Position numbers and translations under genes: made by a program
Shown here: positions 1 through 9,500 of the stretch, in pieces
How positions within the stretch are numbered: position 1 is the first letter of the stretch
How the letters are laid out: every line of letters begins with the position of its first letter
IMG/VR virus record: IMGVR_UViG_3300009034_002371
Coordinates: 18,762-82,761 of that record
From: a virus
DNA: 64,000 nt
Strand: one strand, 5' to 3'
Notes under the pieces: model-generated
Databases searched by the model: none
What the model was told of the DNA's origin: nothing
The model's input: only the letters and a program-made list of their open reading frames with translations

Positions 1-2
1 GA

Positions 3-632
3 TCCACTGGAGTTCAACCAAAGCTTACATCGACGACTAAGTATATCCTTGCAGTCGACGCCCTATTGCGTATCCATGCCATTGATATCCGCCCGTTAAT
101 GTCGGATGGCTTTTTAGAGCCACCTCCCTTAATAGACACTTTCTGGAAAACATTCCAAGTTGCAGAGCGATGCGCAACTTCTTCATCGGATCCTGGTGAG
201 TGGCCTTGTTATCTTGCACGTATGAGACGGGACTTCGATACTCTTTTTCCTGCGATTAAACAGCCTGGGGACAATGATTTAGTGTTACATCATGGTGAGT
301 ACATAATGCCCAATTTGGGTTTTGTTCCTGTGGGCATTGGATGGGAGTGCCGTCCCTTCGATTGGGATGGTGCGTGTATCTCCTCGCGGTGGCATGATCT
401 AGCGTATATGACGTTACCCTCAAGTGATGTTGACATGTTACGTAGTCTCGATCCCAAGCTTGTGCGTAGATATGCAAATGGATTGGGTATATTTGAGGAA
501 GAGTGGGTTACTCTGCTGTTAAAAACATACGCGCAACACAGAATTCTTCAAGTCCTCCGCATGGTTGCTAAGTTTAAGAAGTTAGCTTATACCGACCTCG
601 TGGGTTATTATTTAGACATACTGATGAGATAG
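3..632 (+). CDS. APH/choline-kinase-fold phosphotransferase (5' truncated by window edge)
   Basis: Frame is open from base 3. Brenner-like motif LHHGEYIMPNL (HGD replaced by HGE), then FDWD and WHDLAY as in APH family C-lobes. Confidence 0.6.
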   Translation, partial: STGVQPKLTSTTKYILAVDALLRIHAIDIRPLMSDGFLEPPPLIDTFWKTFQVAERCATSSSDPGEWPCYLARMRRDFDTLFPAIKQPGDNDLVLHHGEYIMPNLGFVPVGIGWECRPFDWDGACISSRWHDLAYMTLPSSDVDMLRSLDPKLVRRYANGLGIFEEEWVTLLLKTYAQHRILQVLRMVAKFKKLAYTDLVGYYLDILMR

Positions 633-635
633 GAT

Positions 636-1463
636 ATGGTTACTCTTACGAAACTAATTCCCATTCATAGAGTTACTGAGTGCCAGGGAGCCGCTGGGGA
701 GCTTACTGGGTACATGTGGGATAAAGGGTTTATTCTAACCAAAGGAGGTGATGAATTTACACGCCTGAAGATGAATGGGAAGAAATTCGCCACTATTACT
801 GAAGTTCCTACACCAGTTAGAGATGCACATGCCTCTGCGGATCGATTACGGGAGTTATTTAGTTCTATTAAAAGAACCGCTGGGACTGCATATCAGCCTG
901 TAATGGTTGCTGATGTAGATGCTCACGAGCCTCGAAGAACAGCAGATACTAGACTTAATTGGATAGCCCAGGCTTTGTCTGATATTTGTTTTCCGTTTGA
1001 AGGGTTATCGCTGCTCGATCTAGGGTGCTCGACAGGGTATATGTCTCTAGCTTTTGATGCCTATGGTTTCACTGTTACCGGTGTAGATGCTAATGCTACC
1101 TCTCTTGAGCTTGCGAACTGTGCAAGTGATGTTGTTAGAGGTAATGTTACTTTCATAAACGAGTGGTGTCTTAATTTTCTATCCCATACGTCGGGTAGTT
1201 ACGACGTGGTACTTTTACTAAATCTACTACATTGGCTACACAGGCAAAATAAGTGGGGCCCTCCCCAAGTTGAGGAATTTATTCAGTCGCTTGCCGACCG
1301 CACACGTATCGCTTTAGCACTTTCATTTTTCCCTAAAAGAGCGTGTATGGGAGAGCAGGGTAAAACTGAAGACTCAATCCGCCGCTGGGGTGAGGGTAAG
1401 TTCAGTGCAATAAAGTACTTAGGCGCCGGTAAGGCCTACCCCCTATGGCTATGTATACGGTAA
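636..1463 (+). CDS. Class I SAM-dependent methyltransferase
   Basis: Motif I LLDLGCSTG, VTGVDAN, YDVVLLLNLLHW. Confidence 0.8.
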   Translation: MVTLTKLIPIHRVTECQGAAGELTGYMWDKGFILTKGGDEFTRLKMNGKKFATITEVPTPVRDAHASADRLRELFSSIKRTAGTAYQPVMVADVDAHEPRRTADTRLNWIAQALSDICFPFEGLSLLDLGCSTGYMSLAFDAYGFTVTGVDANATSLELANCASDVVRGNVTFINEWCLNFLSHTSGSYDVVLLLNLLHWLHRQNKWGPPQVEEFIQSLADRTRIALALSFFPKRACMGEQGKTEDSIRRWGEGKFSAIKYLGAGKAYPLWLCIR

Positions 1464-1496
1464 CAGACAAGTCGGAGAATATTGTTTGGGGGTAAA

Positions 1497-1510
1497 TGTG
1501 TAATAATAAT
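1497..1510 (+). promoter_or_regulatory. TGTGTAATAATAAT intergenic motif, copy 1 (candidate promoter -10 region)
   Basis: An identical 14-mer lies at 17970-17983. Both copies are in AT-rich intergenic gaps upstream of small genes. Confidence 0.5.
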
Positions 1511-1551
1511 TGTCTTATATTTCTTGTACTCGATGATTGGAGGTAGTAAAA

Positions 1552-1983
1552 ATGGCTGAAACTGCTGTACAACAGGAGAAGAAGGACAAATTTATCTTTG
1601 GTTGTATCCACGATCAGAACGTAGTGCTTCCTGATCTCATAACTGGACCGAGGGGATCGGAAGGTGCTCTCAGGTTTGAGCCAGGACAGGTGGTTGATCT
1701 TGAAGATTACTTCTCTGGACCTCGGCTTAGAAGATCTAGGTCCCTGAAGCTAGCTATCAATGAGGGATGGCTAATTCCCTGTAAGAGTGTTGATCAGAAG
1801 GTGACACCCAAGAAACGGATCGTAGAGAGTGGTGAAGCTCCTATTAACGAGTTCGATATGAGGTTAGCTGAGGAACTCGATAAGGAGGAGGCAGAGCTAG
1901 AGAGGCTCAAGCAGGGACATGACGCTCTTGGAGCCCGTGCAAGAAGAGTGAGAGCCCGGCAGGCGGCTGAAAAAGGGACTTGA
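1552..1983 (+). CDS. Hypothetical phage protein with charged helical C-terminus
   Basis: GGAGG SD precedes ATG 1552. Motif SxxLxxAI (RRSRSLKLAINEGWL) is shared with ORFs 1985 and 18004. Confidence 0.7.
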   Translation: MAETAVQQEKKDKFIFGCIHDQNVVLPDLITGPRGSEGALRFEPGQVVDLEDYFSGPRLRRSRSLKLAINEGWLIPCKSVDQKVTPKKRIVESGEAPINEFDMRLAEELDKEEAELERLKQGHDALGARARRVRARQAAEKGT

Positions 1984-1984
1984 G

Positions 1985-2326
1985 ATGAAGGTTATTCATA
2001 CCGCACCTGGGGGCCCCACGGTTTATATTACCGACTTAGGACTTCGGCTTGGTCAGGCTAGTGAAATGTTTGTTCCAGTTCGTAAAGCTGCTGGTTCCGC
2101 GGATCTGGTGAATGCCATAGAGAGGAACCTTGTCCGCATTAAATTTACAGCAGCCGAGGGGAATCATCCTGATCTTCAGGAGCTGTTGTCACGAGTCGAG
2201 CAAGCTGAGGCAAAGCGGGAGGGACAGTTACTATATGCCAAGGTGAAAGAGACCATGGAAACCGGGCGGATGGCCTCTTCCTCTGTCCCAGTACGTCCTG
2301 CGGTGCTTGAACCTGTGACCCCATAG
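1985..2326 (+). CDS. Hypothetical phage protein
   Basis: Starts 1 nt after the upstream stop. AGSADLVNAIERNLV resembles the motif in ORFs 1552 and 18004. Confidence 0.7.
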   Translation: MKVIHTAPGGPTVYITDLGLRLGQASEMFVPVRKAAGSADLVNAIERNLVRIKFTAAEGNHPDLQELLSRVEQAEAKREGQLLYAKVKETMETGRMASSSVPVRPAVLEPVTP

Positions 2327-2340
2327 TGTGTAGTCCAAAT

Positions 2341-2366
2341 GTGGAGGAGTCGTGAGGCTCCTCCAC
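2341..2366 (+). other. 11-bp hairpin with GNRA (GTGA) tetraloop in intergenic leader
   Basis: GTGGAGGAGTC-GTGA-GGCTCCTCCAC (one G-U pair). No U-tract follows. Confidence 0.7.
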
Positions 2367-2385
2367 GCAAAACGGAGAGGGTAAA

Positions 2386-3606
2386 GTGGCTATACGATTA
2401 GGATTGCATGCACCATTCATCTTTGGCCCTGTTGGTTTTGCACGTGTTGGTAGGATGATGGCTCTTGGGCTTAATAATCTTGGTGTGGAGGTGCGATTAA
2501 AAGGTGTAAAAAATCCAAGATACAACAGGGTCATAGCAAAGGAAGAATATGATCGTCTAAAAAGTTTTGCACAGGAGACATGGGAGCCAGATATTTGGGT
2601 TGCCCTGTCCCCCGGTTGTGGTTTTCTTAAAGATGTGAAGGGTTGGAACATAGGTATGTCTATGTGGGAAACACCAGAGCTTCCGGGGTTCGGGCGCCAT
2701 TGTAAACATGTTGATGAGGTTTGGGTTCCCTCTCCCTTTAATTGGAAGATATTTCACGGTTCTGAAAGTAGTAGTGTACCCAGAGAAAGTCTATCCTATA
2801 TGCCCCTTGGGGTAGACACCCGCCTTTATTCCCCACATACCCCATCGATCCGTATTACGGATGACTTTCAAACCAGCTTTGATTTCATCTATGGAATAGT
2901 TTGTGGTTATTCGGCGCGGAAGGGTGTGGACCTCATGTTAACTGCCCACCATGAGCTTTTTGACCATGAGGATAGTGTAGCACTCTTTGTGAAGGGTGAT
3001 CATTTTGGTCAGAGGCTGCTTCCAAAAGATATCCAATCCATGTACAACGGGAAGACTTTAGTAGATCTTTCTGATCAGCCTCCCAGAGTAAGAGAGGAGA
3101 TTGAGCAGAAGGTGTGTAAGCATAAGCCTACTATACTGTACAATTTTGCTAGTCTTAGCGATGCAGATCTTAGCGAAGTCTATAACTCATTAGATGCTTT
3201 TGTTTTCCCATCCCGTGGAGAAGGATTTGGACTACCCCCTCTGGAAGCAATGAGTTGTGAGCTCCCTGTAATTGGGACCGCAGCGACAGGAATGAAAGAG
3301 TTTATGCTTGATGAGTTTAGTTACCCTGTACGCTCAAGGGGTTGGAAGATATGTACTGGTTGCGATTGGATTACTCCTGACTACCGTGGGCAGTTATTTG
3401 TGGATCCAGATTATATACAGTACAGGGATGCGCTTTGGGAGGTTTATTCTGATCGTGAGGCCGCTAAAGTCAAAGGAAAAAAAGCGCGTGAGTTTGTGAT
3501 TGAGAATTACAGTTTTGAAGTTGCAACAGCTAGGATGAAGAGAAGGTTAGAAGAGATAGTGGGTGGTCATATGACGACAGAAAACTTCTGGCCGGAGGGG
3601 GTGTAG
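2386..3606 (+). CDS. GT4 (GT-B) glycosyltransferase
   Basis: VDEVWVPS, PLGVD, RKGVD, FVFPSRGEGFGLPPLEAMSCELPVI. Confidence 0.92.
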   Translation: MAIRLGLHAPFIFGPVGFARVGRMMALGLNNLGVEVRLKGVKNPRYNRVIAKEEYDRLKSFAQETWEPDIWVALSPGCGFLKDVKGWNIGMSMWETPELPGFGRHCKHVDEVWVPSPFNWKIFHGSESSSVPRESLSYMPLGVDTRLYSPHTPSIRITDDFQTSFDFIYGIVCGYSARKGVDLMLTAHHELFDHEDSVALFVKGDHFGQRLLPKDIQSMYNGKTLVDLSDQPPRVREEIEQKVCKHKPTILYNFASLSDADLSEVYNSLDAFVFPSRGEGFGLPPLEAMSCELPVIGTAATGMKEFMLDEFSYPVRSRGWKICTGCDWITPDYRGQLFVDPDYIQYRDALWEVYSDREAAKVKGKKAREFVIENYSFEVATARMKRRLEEIVGGHMTTENFWPEGV

Positions 3607-3609
3607 GCT

Positions 3610-5466
3610 ATTTACTTCCTTTATGCTTCGGAGATCCCATATCACCATAGCGGCGGTGCCTGTCGAAGTGTACAGACGTTATTTAAGGAACTTAGTAAAA
3701 GCGGGCATTCCTGCCTTAGCATTTCTAGGATCCCAGGTGAAAAACATGTTGCCATAGATGGTGTAAAATGTTTACGCACTGCGGTCCCCGAGAGGTGGTT
3801 GGAGAGTATCCTCAAAGATCGGGGTCCGGGAGGGAAGATTGTTCTCGCCCAGCTTGCAGGGGATTCGTGGGTAGTGAAGCTTGCAAAGCAATATAAGGTT
3901 CCTTCTATTTTGCGTATTCCTTCTTTTACTGAGTATATCTGTACAGCTTACGCTAAATTTATACGCTGTTTAAGGCCTTGCTTATCAGGGAACAAATGTC
4001 CGCATAGAGTTGTCAATAGGGCAGTTAGAGAGGCATCGGCAGTTATTACAAGTAGTTATTTTGCAGCAACACTTGTGAAGCAATTTTACGACAAGGATGC
4101 TTTAGTAGTTTACCCATCTATAGATCCGGAGGAGCATTTGGTAAAGAAGACTGGGCATAAAGTGACTCTGATAAATGGGACTCCGGTAAAAGGTATGGGT
4201 GTCCTTCTTAAAGTGGCTAAAAAGCACAAGGAGTTTTCATATATGGTTGTTAGAAATCCTCCCCCGCTTGATAAGTCCTGGAAGGATTATGATATACAGC
4301 TTCTTCCAGGAAGAGACGACATGCATGCTGTGTGGGAGCAAACGAGAATCCTTCTAGTTCCTTCTTTGGTGGCAGAGTCGTTTGGCAGGGTTTGTGTTGA
4401 GGCGGGTATAAATGGAATCCCTGTAATAGCTTCCGATCGTGGGGGGTTACCTGAAGCAGCTGGTCCTGCGGCAGTGATTCCTGTTGAAGATATCAAGGCG
4501 TGGCAACAGGAAGTCTATAAGTTAATGACTGATTCAAAGTACTATGCAACTCGTAGCGCTTCGGCTAGGGAGCATGCTACGCAGTTTGATGTAGTTACCT
4601 CAACAGATAGATTTGCACGGTTGGCTGAGGAACTTTTAGCTGGAAGAGAAGCCGCCCCACTTATTACGAGACTCAACAAGTCTATAATAGAACCTAGTAA
4701 GGTACCTAGAGTAGCACTCTTCGGTCCATGGATTGGGGAATTTGGTTGGGAAGTAGCTACATGGCAGCCTTGGTGCAGAAAGCAGGCAAGAAAATACGAC
4801 AAAGTATATGTGTGCAGTTTCCCCGGTATGGGAGCTCTCTATGAGGACTTTGCGGAGTTTGTACCTCATAGTTATCCTAGACGAGAGGTTTTATGGACGC
4901 TGGATAGGGGTGTGGACCTTTCTAAGGTTGCATATAACAGACCTGCTGATGTTACTACCTTGGTGAATCCTATATGGGAATACCGGATTGATGGAGAGTT
5001 TATAAAATTTGGTAAGGGTCACAACACTCAGTTTGGCTGCCTCATACACGCTGCTAAACACCTGGCGGATGATAAGCTTTGTAAAAATTATCCAGAGAAG
5101 CTTTGGCGGGAGATTGTAGCAGAGCTGCCAGGAAGTGTTGCTTCTATAGGGACTGGGGCAGATTTGCACATAGCGGGGACAGTGGATCGGAGAGGTATCC
5201 CGCTTAATGAGTTGATGGATCTTATGGCTGGATGTAGGGTTGTTGTTGGGGGCAGCTCTGGTCCCATGCATCTTGCCGCCTTTTGCGGTGCTGCTGTTGT
5301 TGTCTGGGGACCGCGAAACGCGTCTTTTGAGCCGCTCAATCGAAGGTATACGAAGGCATGGAACCCATTTGGAACAAGGGTAGAGTACATCTTTGCAGAT
5401 GATTGGAAGCCGCTTCCTGCTGGTGTGGTATCAGCAGTGCGGAGGGTGTTGGAAAATACGTCATGA
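3610..5466 (+). CDS. GT4 + GT9-like two-domain glycosyltransferase; probable ATT start
   Basis: Frame is open upstream of the TTG call (3799) back to 3607 and encodes a typical GT-B N-terminus, YFLYASE...SGGACRSV..L..EL.KSGH. ESFGRVCVEAG..GIPVI marks GT4. GEFGWE and VVGGSSGPMHLAAFCG mark GT9-like. Confidence 0.8.
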   Translation: MYFLYASEIPYHHSGGACRSVQTLFKELSKSGHSCLSISRIPGEKHVAIDGVKCLRTAVPERWLESILKDRGPGGKIVLAQLAGDSWVVKLAKQYKVPSILRIPSFTEYICTAYAKFIRCLRPCLSGNKCPHRVVNRAVREASAVITSSYFAATLVKQFYDKDALVVYPSIDPEEHLVKKTGHKVTLINGTPVKGMGVLLKVAKKHKEFSYMVVRNPPPLDKSWKDYDIQLLPGRDDMHAVWEQTRILLVPSLVAESFGRVCVEAGINGIPVIASDRGGLPEAAGPAAVIPVEDIKAWQQEVYKLMTDSKYYATRSASAREHATQFDVVTSTDRFARLAEELLAGREAAPLITRLNKSIIEPSKVPRVALFGPWIGEFGWEVATWQPWCRKQARKYDKVYVCSFPGMGALYEDFAEFVPHSYPRREVLWTLDRGVDLSKVAYNRPADVTTLVNPIWEYRIDGEFIKFGKGHNTQFGCLIHAAKHLADDKLCKNYPEKLWREIVAELPGSVASIGTGADLHIAGTVDRRGIPLNELMDLMAGCRVVVGGSSGPMHLAAFCGAAVVVWGPRNASFEPLNRRYTKAWNPFGTRVEYIFADDWKPLPAGVVSAVRRVLENTS

Positions 5467-6452
5467 AGGTTCTCTTCGTTACCAGAGTTCCACCGGAGGT
5501 TATAGCGTGGAAGGCTCAGAATGCACTACCCCGGGTCCGCCATCTCCCTTGCGAGCTTGTAGAATGTTACTCTGCCGAGGATGTACGTAACCATATTGGC
5601 ACCGCTGATGTGATTTTATTGGATAATGGTTACAGATATGTACCTTTTTGGGATGAAATTACGTTTATCAACACAGCCTCCTTGTATACTGGTAGGTTTC
5701 ATGTTGATATGTGGCTTCCTCGTGAGAGCGGCACTCCAGCTACCTGGAATGAGAGCTCTATAAGTTTTAACGTGCGTATCATTGCCTACCGTAAGCTCCA
5801 GAAGGAGTACCGACCTGGATGGCAGAATGTGTTTTGGTCTCCTCACTGCATAGACGCTCAACACTATGACGTTCTTCGCGATATTGATGTTTTATTTTGG
5901 GGGGCGTGTAGTCCACAATATCCGTTTCGGCAGTTTGTGTCCCAGAAACTAAAAGAGTGTGTTGTTGGGAATGGGGTACCTATAGATCCCTTTCTGACTA
6001 TGTACGATGTAGTAGTTGCACGTCGTAAATACAAGTATGGTGTCGTACGTTTTGTTTCGAACCCAGTAGATTGGCAACCACCACAAGTACAAACAATGTA
6101 CGGCTACTACGGTCCCCGATTGTTCAGGTTACTGTCTAGGGCTAGAGTTTGTTGTACGGGACCGGCCTGGGGCGTTCCGGTTGGTAAGTATATAGAACAT
6201 GCTGCTTGTGGTGCAGTGAGTTTAACTACGGATTTCTCTGATAGAGAAGCTTTGGGGTTTAGTCATGAGGAGAATATTTGGGTTACCGATAAGCGGCACT
6301 TCATGGGGGACCTCACCCATTTGTTAGAACGTGATAATGTGGTACAAGCGATATCGAGGAACGCGAGGGAGCTTGTAGAGACGCGTCATACTTTAGCTAT
6401 TCGGGCACGAGAGTTATATAAGTTTCTATGTAAGGCGACAGGGAAAGAATGA
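5463..6452 (+). CDS. CgeB/Glyco_trans_1_2-type glycosyltransferase, paralog 1
   Basis: ATGA overlap with the upstream stop. RDIDVLFWG, GKYIEHAACG, ISRNARELV..RHT...RA. Confidence 0.8.
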   Translation: MKVLFVTRVPPEVIAWKAQNALPRVRHLPCELVECYSAEDVRNHIGTADVILLDNGYRYVPFWDEITFINTASLYTGRFHVDMWLPRESGTPATWNESSISFNVRIIAYRKLQKEYRPGWQNVFWSPHCIDAQHYDVLRDIDVLFWGACSPQYPFRQFVSQKLKECVVGNGVPIDPFLTMYDVVVARRKYKYGVVRFVSNPVDWQPPQVQTMYGYYGPRLFRLLSRARVCCTGPAWGVPVGKYIEHAACGAVSLTTDFSDREALGFSHEENIWVTDKRHFMGDLTHLLERDNVVQAISRNARELVETRHTLAIRARELYKFLCKATGKE

Positions 6453-7540
6453 AGGTTGTTTTTGCTACTAAGCGTGTCAGTAAGTTAAGAAGGTTATCGC
6501 TTGTACGGCCAAATGATATGTTAAGACATCTACCGTGCAAGGTGGTTGAATGTTATTCTGCAGCTGATGTACGTAAGCATGTAAAAACTGCTGATGTAGT
6601 GCTTCTCGATTTCTTTAGAGCTATGAACTTAGCTCTTAATTATATTCACTATTGGAAGGATCTTACGTTTCTCAACGAGTTAGATATCCCCGTTGGTTGG
6701 TTCTATTGGGGTGTGTGGCCGCAGCATGGGAAAATTGTTAAACCAATGCTTAACGCTATTAAGATTGACTTTTACCTAGCCCTCCAGCAGGAGATCGTGA
6801 GGGAGTTTCGACAGCATTGGCTTGATGATACATTCTGGTGCCCATCCAGTATGGCAGTACAAAATTACAACGTTCCCAGGGACATAGATATACTACTCTG
6901 GGGCACAGTTGGCATTCCCTCAAAACATACGTATCCGTACCGGGAGTTTCTGAGGAGGGAGTTGAAGAGGCGCATTATCAAGAAGATCGAGGATGTCGAT
7001 CCCTGGCTATCGACCTACAGTATAAGTATCGGGGGGCGTAAGTACAAGTATGCTCGATTACGTCGATTACAGATTGATCGACCCAGTTCGCGGCAAATGA
7101 AGTATGGGTACTATGGACCGAAGCTGCACGAGCTAGTGTCACGAGCTAAGATTTGTCCAACAGGTCCGCATCGCGACAGAATTCCCCTTGGCAAATATTT
7201 TGAGAATGCAGCCTGTGGTGCGGTTACTATGAGTATCAGGTTCGTTGATGATGCAGCTCTCGGCTTCGAGCATGGCAAAACTATTTGGTTTACTGACAGG
7301 AAGTTTCCGTCATACCCACGCTTTTCAAAAAATGATATAAGGTTTCCGAGCCATTGGCAAGAGATCCTTAACAGTAAGGAACATGATTTTTTTGGCGATC
7401 TTGCTTATTTGTTAGAACACCAGGAGGTGATACAGGAGATATCAAACAATGCAAGAGAACTCATCCGAACGAGACATACTCCAGAGGTTCGAGCACTTGG
7501 GTTGTATAAATTCTTGTGCGAGAGGGTGGAAGAATCGTGA
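6449..7540 (+). CDS. CgeB/Glyco_trans_1_2-type glycosyltransferase, paralog 2
   Basis: RDIDILLWG, GKYFENAACG, ISNNARELIRTRHT. Confidence 0.8.
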   Translation: MKVVFATKRVSKLRRLSLVRPNDMLRHLPCKVVECYSAADVRKHVKTADVVLLDFFRAMNLALNYIHYWKDLTFLNELDIPVGWFYWGVWPQHGKIVKPMLNAIKIDFYLALQQEIVREFRQHWLDDTFWCPSSMAVQNYNVPRDIDILLWGTVGIPSKHTYPYREFLRRELKRRIIKKIEDVDPWLSTYSISIGGRKYKYARLRRLQIDRPSSRQMKYGYYGPKLHELVSRAKICPTGPHRDRIPLGKYFENAACGAVTMSIRFVDDAALGFEHGKTIWFTDRKFPSYPRFSKNDIRFPSHWQEILNSKEHDFFGDLAYLLEHQEVIQEISNNARELIRTRHTPEVRALGLYKFLCERVEES

Positions 7541-8523
7541 AAATTTTATTTGTCCCAGCACGCGTGCATAGCTTGTGCCGAGAAAAGGCTGTATGGATAC
7601 GTTCTATGATGAGACATCTACCCTGTGATATGGTAGAGTGTTACTCTCCTGCTGATGTTCGTGCCCATTTGAAAGGGGCTCATGTAGTCTTGTTGGATAT
7701 TCCTAGGTTCATCCCTTTTTTGAAAAGTCTTACGTTTCTTAACAAAGCTAAAGTGTTCAAGGCTATATATTACTGTGATATATGGCGCCCTTATGAGCTT
7801 GATGAGCTTATAAAGCCTAACGTGCATCTAGTACCGGTGCGGAAGCTTGTAGAGAGGTATAGGGCCGAGTGGTTGCGTAGTATGTTTTGGACTCCTGCAA
7901 GCATGGACGTTCAAGAATATGATTTACCACGAGACATAGATGTTTTGTTCTGGGGAACGTTTAGCTACCCCACAGTGGGTACTTACCCGTTCCGGGAGTT
8001 TGTTAGGATATGGTTAAAAGAGCACATTGTTGACAAGATCTCGCAAGTTGATCCGCATTTGGCCATGTACCATGTAGAGATTGGGGGCCGTAAGTACGTG
8101 TATGCTCTGCTAAAGTCTGTTCCTGGTTTGCACTCACGTAACCCAAATAAGGTACAAGCAACATATGGCTATTACGGTGAAAGGTTGTATAGACTAGTTT
8201 CAAGGTCTAAGATTTGCTGTGCCGGACCAAAACTGAAACGTGGTGTTCCCCTTGGCAAATATTTTGAGAATGCAGCCTGTGGCGCTGTTTCTATAAGTCG
8301 CGAGTTCACTGATAGAGAGGCTTTAGGCTTCGAGCATAAAAAGAATATCTGGATTACAGGTACGAAACATTTTGCAAGTGGTCTTACTTACCTATTAGAG
8401 CATGATGACGTGGTAAGGGAGATGTCGGGTAATGCAAGAGAGCTCATTCGGGCGAGACATACCCGGGGGATCCGGGCGCGGGAGCTGTATAAATTCTTAT
8501 CTAAGAAAACGGGGAAAGTATGA
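7537..8523 (+). CDS. CgeB/Glyco_trans_1_2-type glycosyltransferase, paralog 3
   Basis: GTGA overlap start giving (M)KILF. RDIDVLFWG, GKYFENAACG. Confidence 0.8.
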   Translation: MKILFVPARVHSLCREKAVWIRSMMRHLPCDMVECYSPADVRAHLKGAHVVLLDIPRFIPFLKSLTFLNKAKVFKAIYYCDIWRPYELDELIKPNVHLVPVRKLVERYRAEWLRSMFWTPASMDVQEYDLPRDIDVLFWGTFSYPTVGTYPFREFVRIWLKEHIVDKISQVDPHLAMYHVEIGGRKYVYALLKSVPGLHSRNPNKVQATYGYYGERLYRLVSRSKICCAGPKLKRGVPLGKYFENAACGAVSISREFTDREALGFEHKKNIWITGTKHFASGLTYLLEHDDVVREMSGNARELIRARHTRGIRARELYKFLSKKTGKV

Positions 8524-9500
8524 AGGTGCTTTTAGTTTCTAGAGATATACCTAAGCAAAAGGTACACCGGTTGTCTAACTTTCTCTTACGTATGGACTAC
8601 ATGCCTTGTACTTTGCTTAGGGCAAGAACAAATCAGGACATAGCACGTTACATGTCTGAGGCGGATGTTATTTTTCTTAATTCAACATCCCATACTAGGT
8701 GGGTGGCGGAGGATTCTCCTATATACAGGGTGGGGGTTCCAGTGGGTAGGATTTTTGGTGATGTTTGGGGGCTACCACAGCTTGAGAAATACAGGAACAT
8801 GAAAAAGTTTAGGAGTAAGACTGGTACCCTTGTTGCGGACCACTTTAGGCATTACGATTATCGTGTTTGTACTTGTCAGGCACTTTTTAGAGAGTTTTGC
8901 CCGGAGTATGTTGATACCATGTTTTGGTCTCCGCACTGTGTAGACGTTCAGAACTTTGATGTTCCCAAAGATGTTGATGTTTTGATTTGGGGAGCTTTGG
9001 GTACTAGTGCTGACAGAAGACGTGTGAAAAACCTCTTGATGAAACATGTTGTTGCTCCAGGGAGGCAATACGATGCGGCCCGTTTAATATACAAGATTGC
9101 TCTAGGTGGGAGAAAGTATACACTTGTGTGGCTTCGAAGTCATGGTGAGGTATACCGTGGCTCTAAGCTCTACAGAATGATATCAAGGGCTAAGGTTTGC
9201 TGTACAGCTCCCGTACACCAGGCACCTGTTGGTAAATACTTTGAGAATGCAGCCTGCGGCTCTGTGACTTTAACCTTAAAGTTCACCGATAGGGAAGCTT
9301 TGGGGTTTGAACATGGGAAGAATATTTGGATTTCGAGCTTGGGCAGCTACTTAAAGAATTTGCGGTTTCTGTTAGAACATGATGCCTTGGTGAAAGAAAT
9401 GTCCAGGAATGCGAAGGAGCTCATCTGTACTAGACATACTCCAGAGATACGGGGTAAGGAGTTGTATGAGTTCTTTAAGCGTCTGACGGGGAAGACGTAA
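8520..9500 (+). CDS. CgeB/Glyco_trans_1_2-type glycosyltransferase, paralog 4
   Basis: KDVDVLIWG, GKYFENAACG, MSRNAKELICTRHT. Confidence 0.8.
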   Translation: MKVLLVSRDIPKQKVHRLSNFLLRMDYMPCTLLRARTNQDIARYMSEADVIFLNSTSHTRWVAEDSPIYRVGVPVGRIFGDVWGLPQLEKYRNMKKFRSKTGTLVADHFRHYDYRVCTCQALFREFCPEYVDTMFWSPHCVDVQNFDVPKDVDVLIWGALGTSADRRRVKNLLMKHVVAPGRQYDAARLIYKIALGGRKYTLVWLRSHGEVYRGSKLYRMISRAKVCCTAPVHQAPVGKYFENAACGSVTLTLKFTDREALGFEHGKNIWISSLGSYLKNLRFLLEHDALVKEMSRNAKELICTRHTPEIRGKELYEFFKRLTGKT

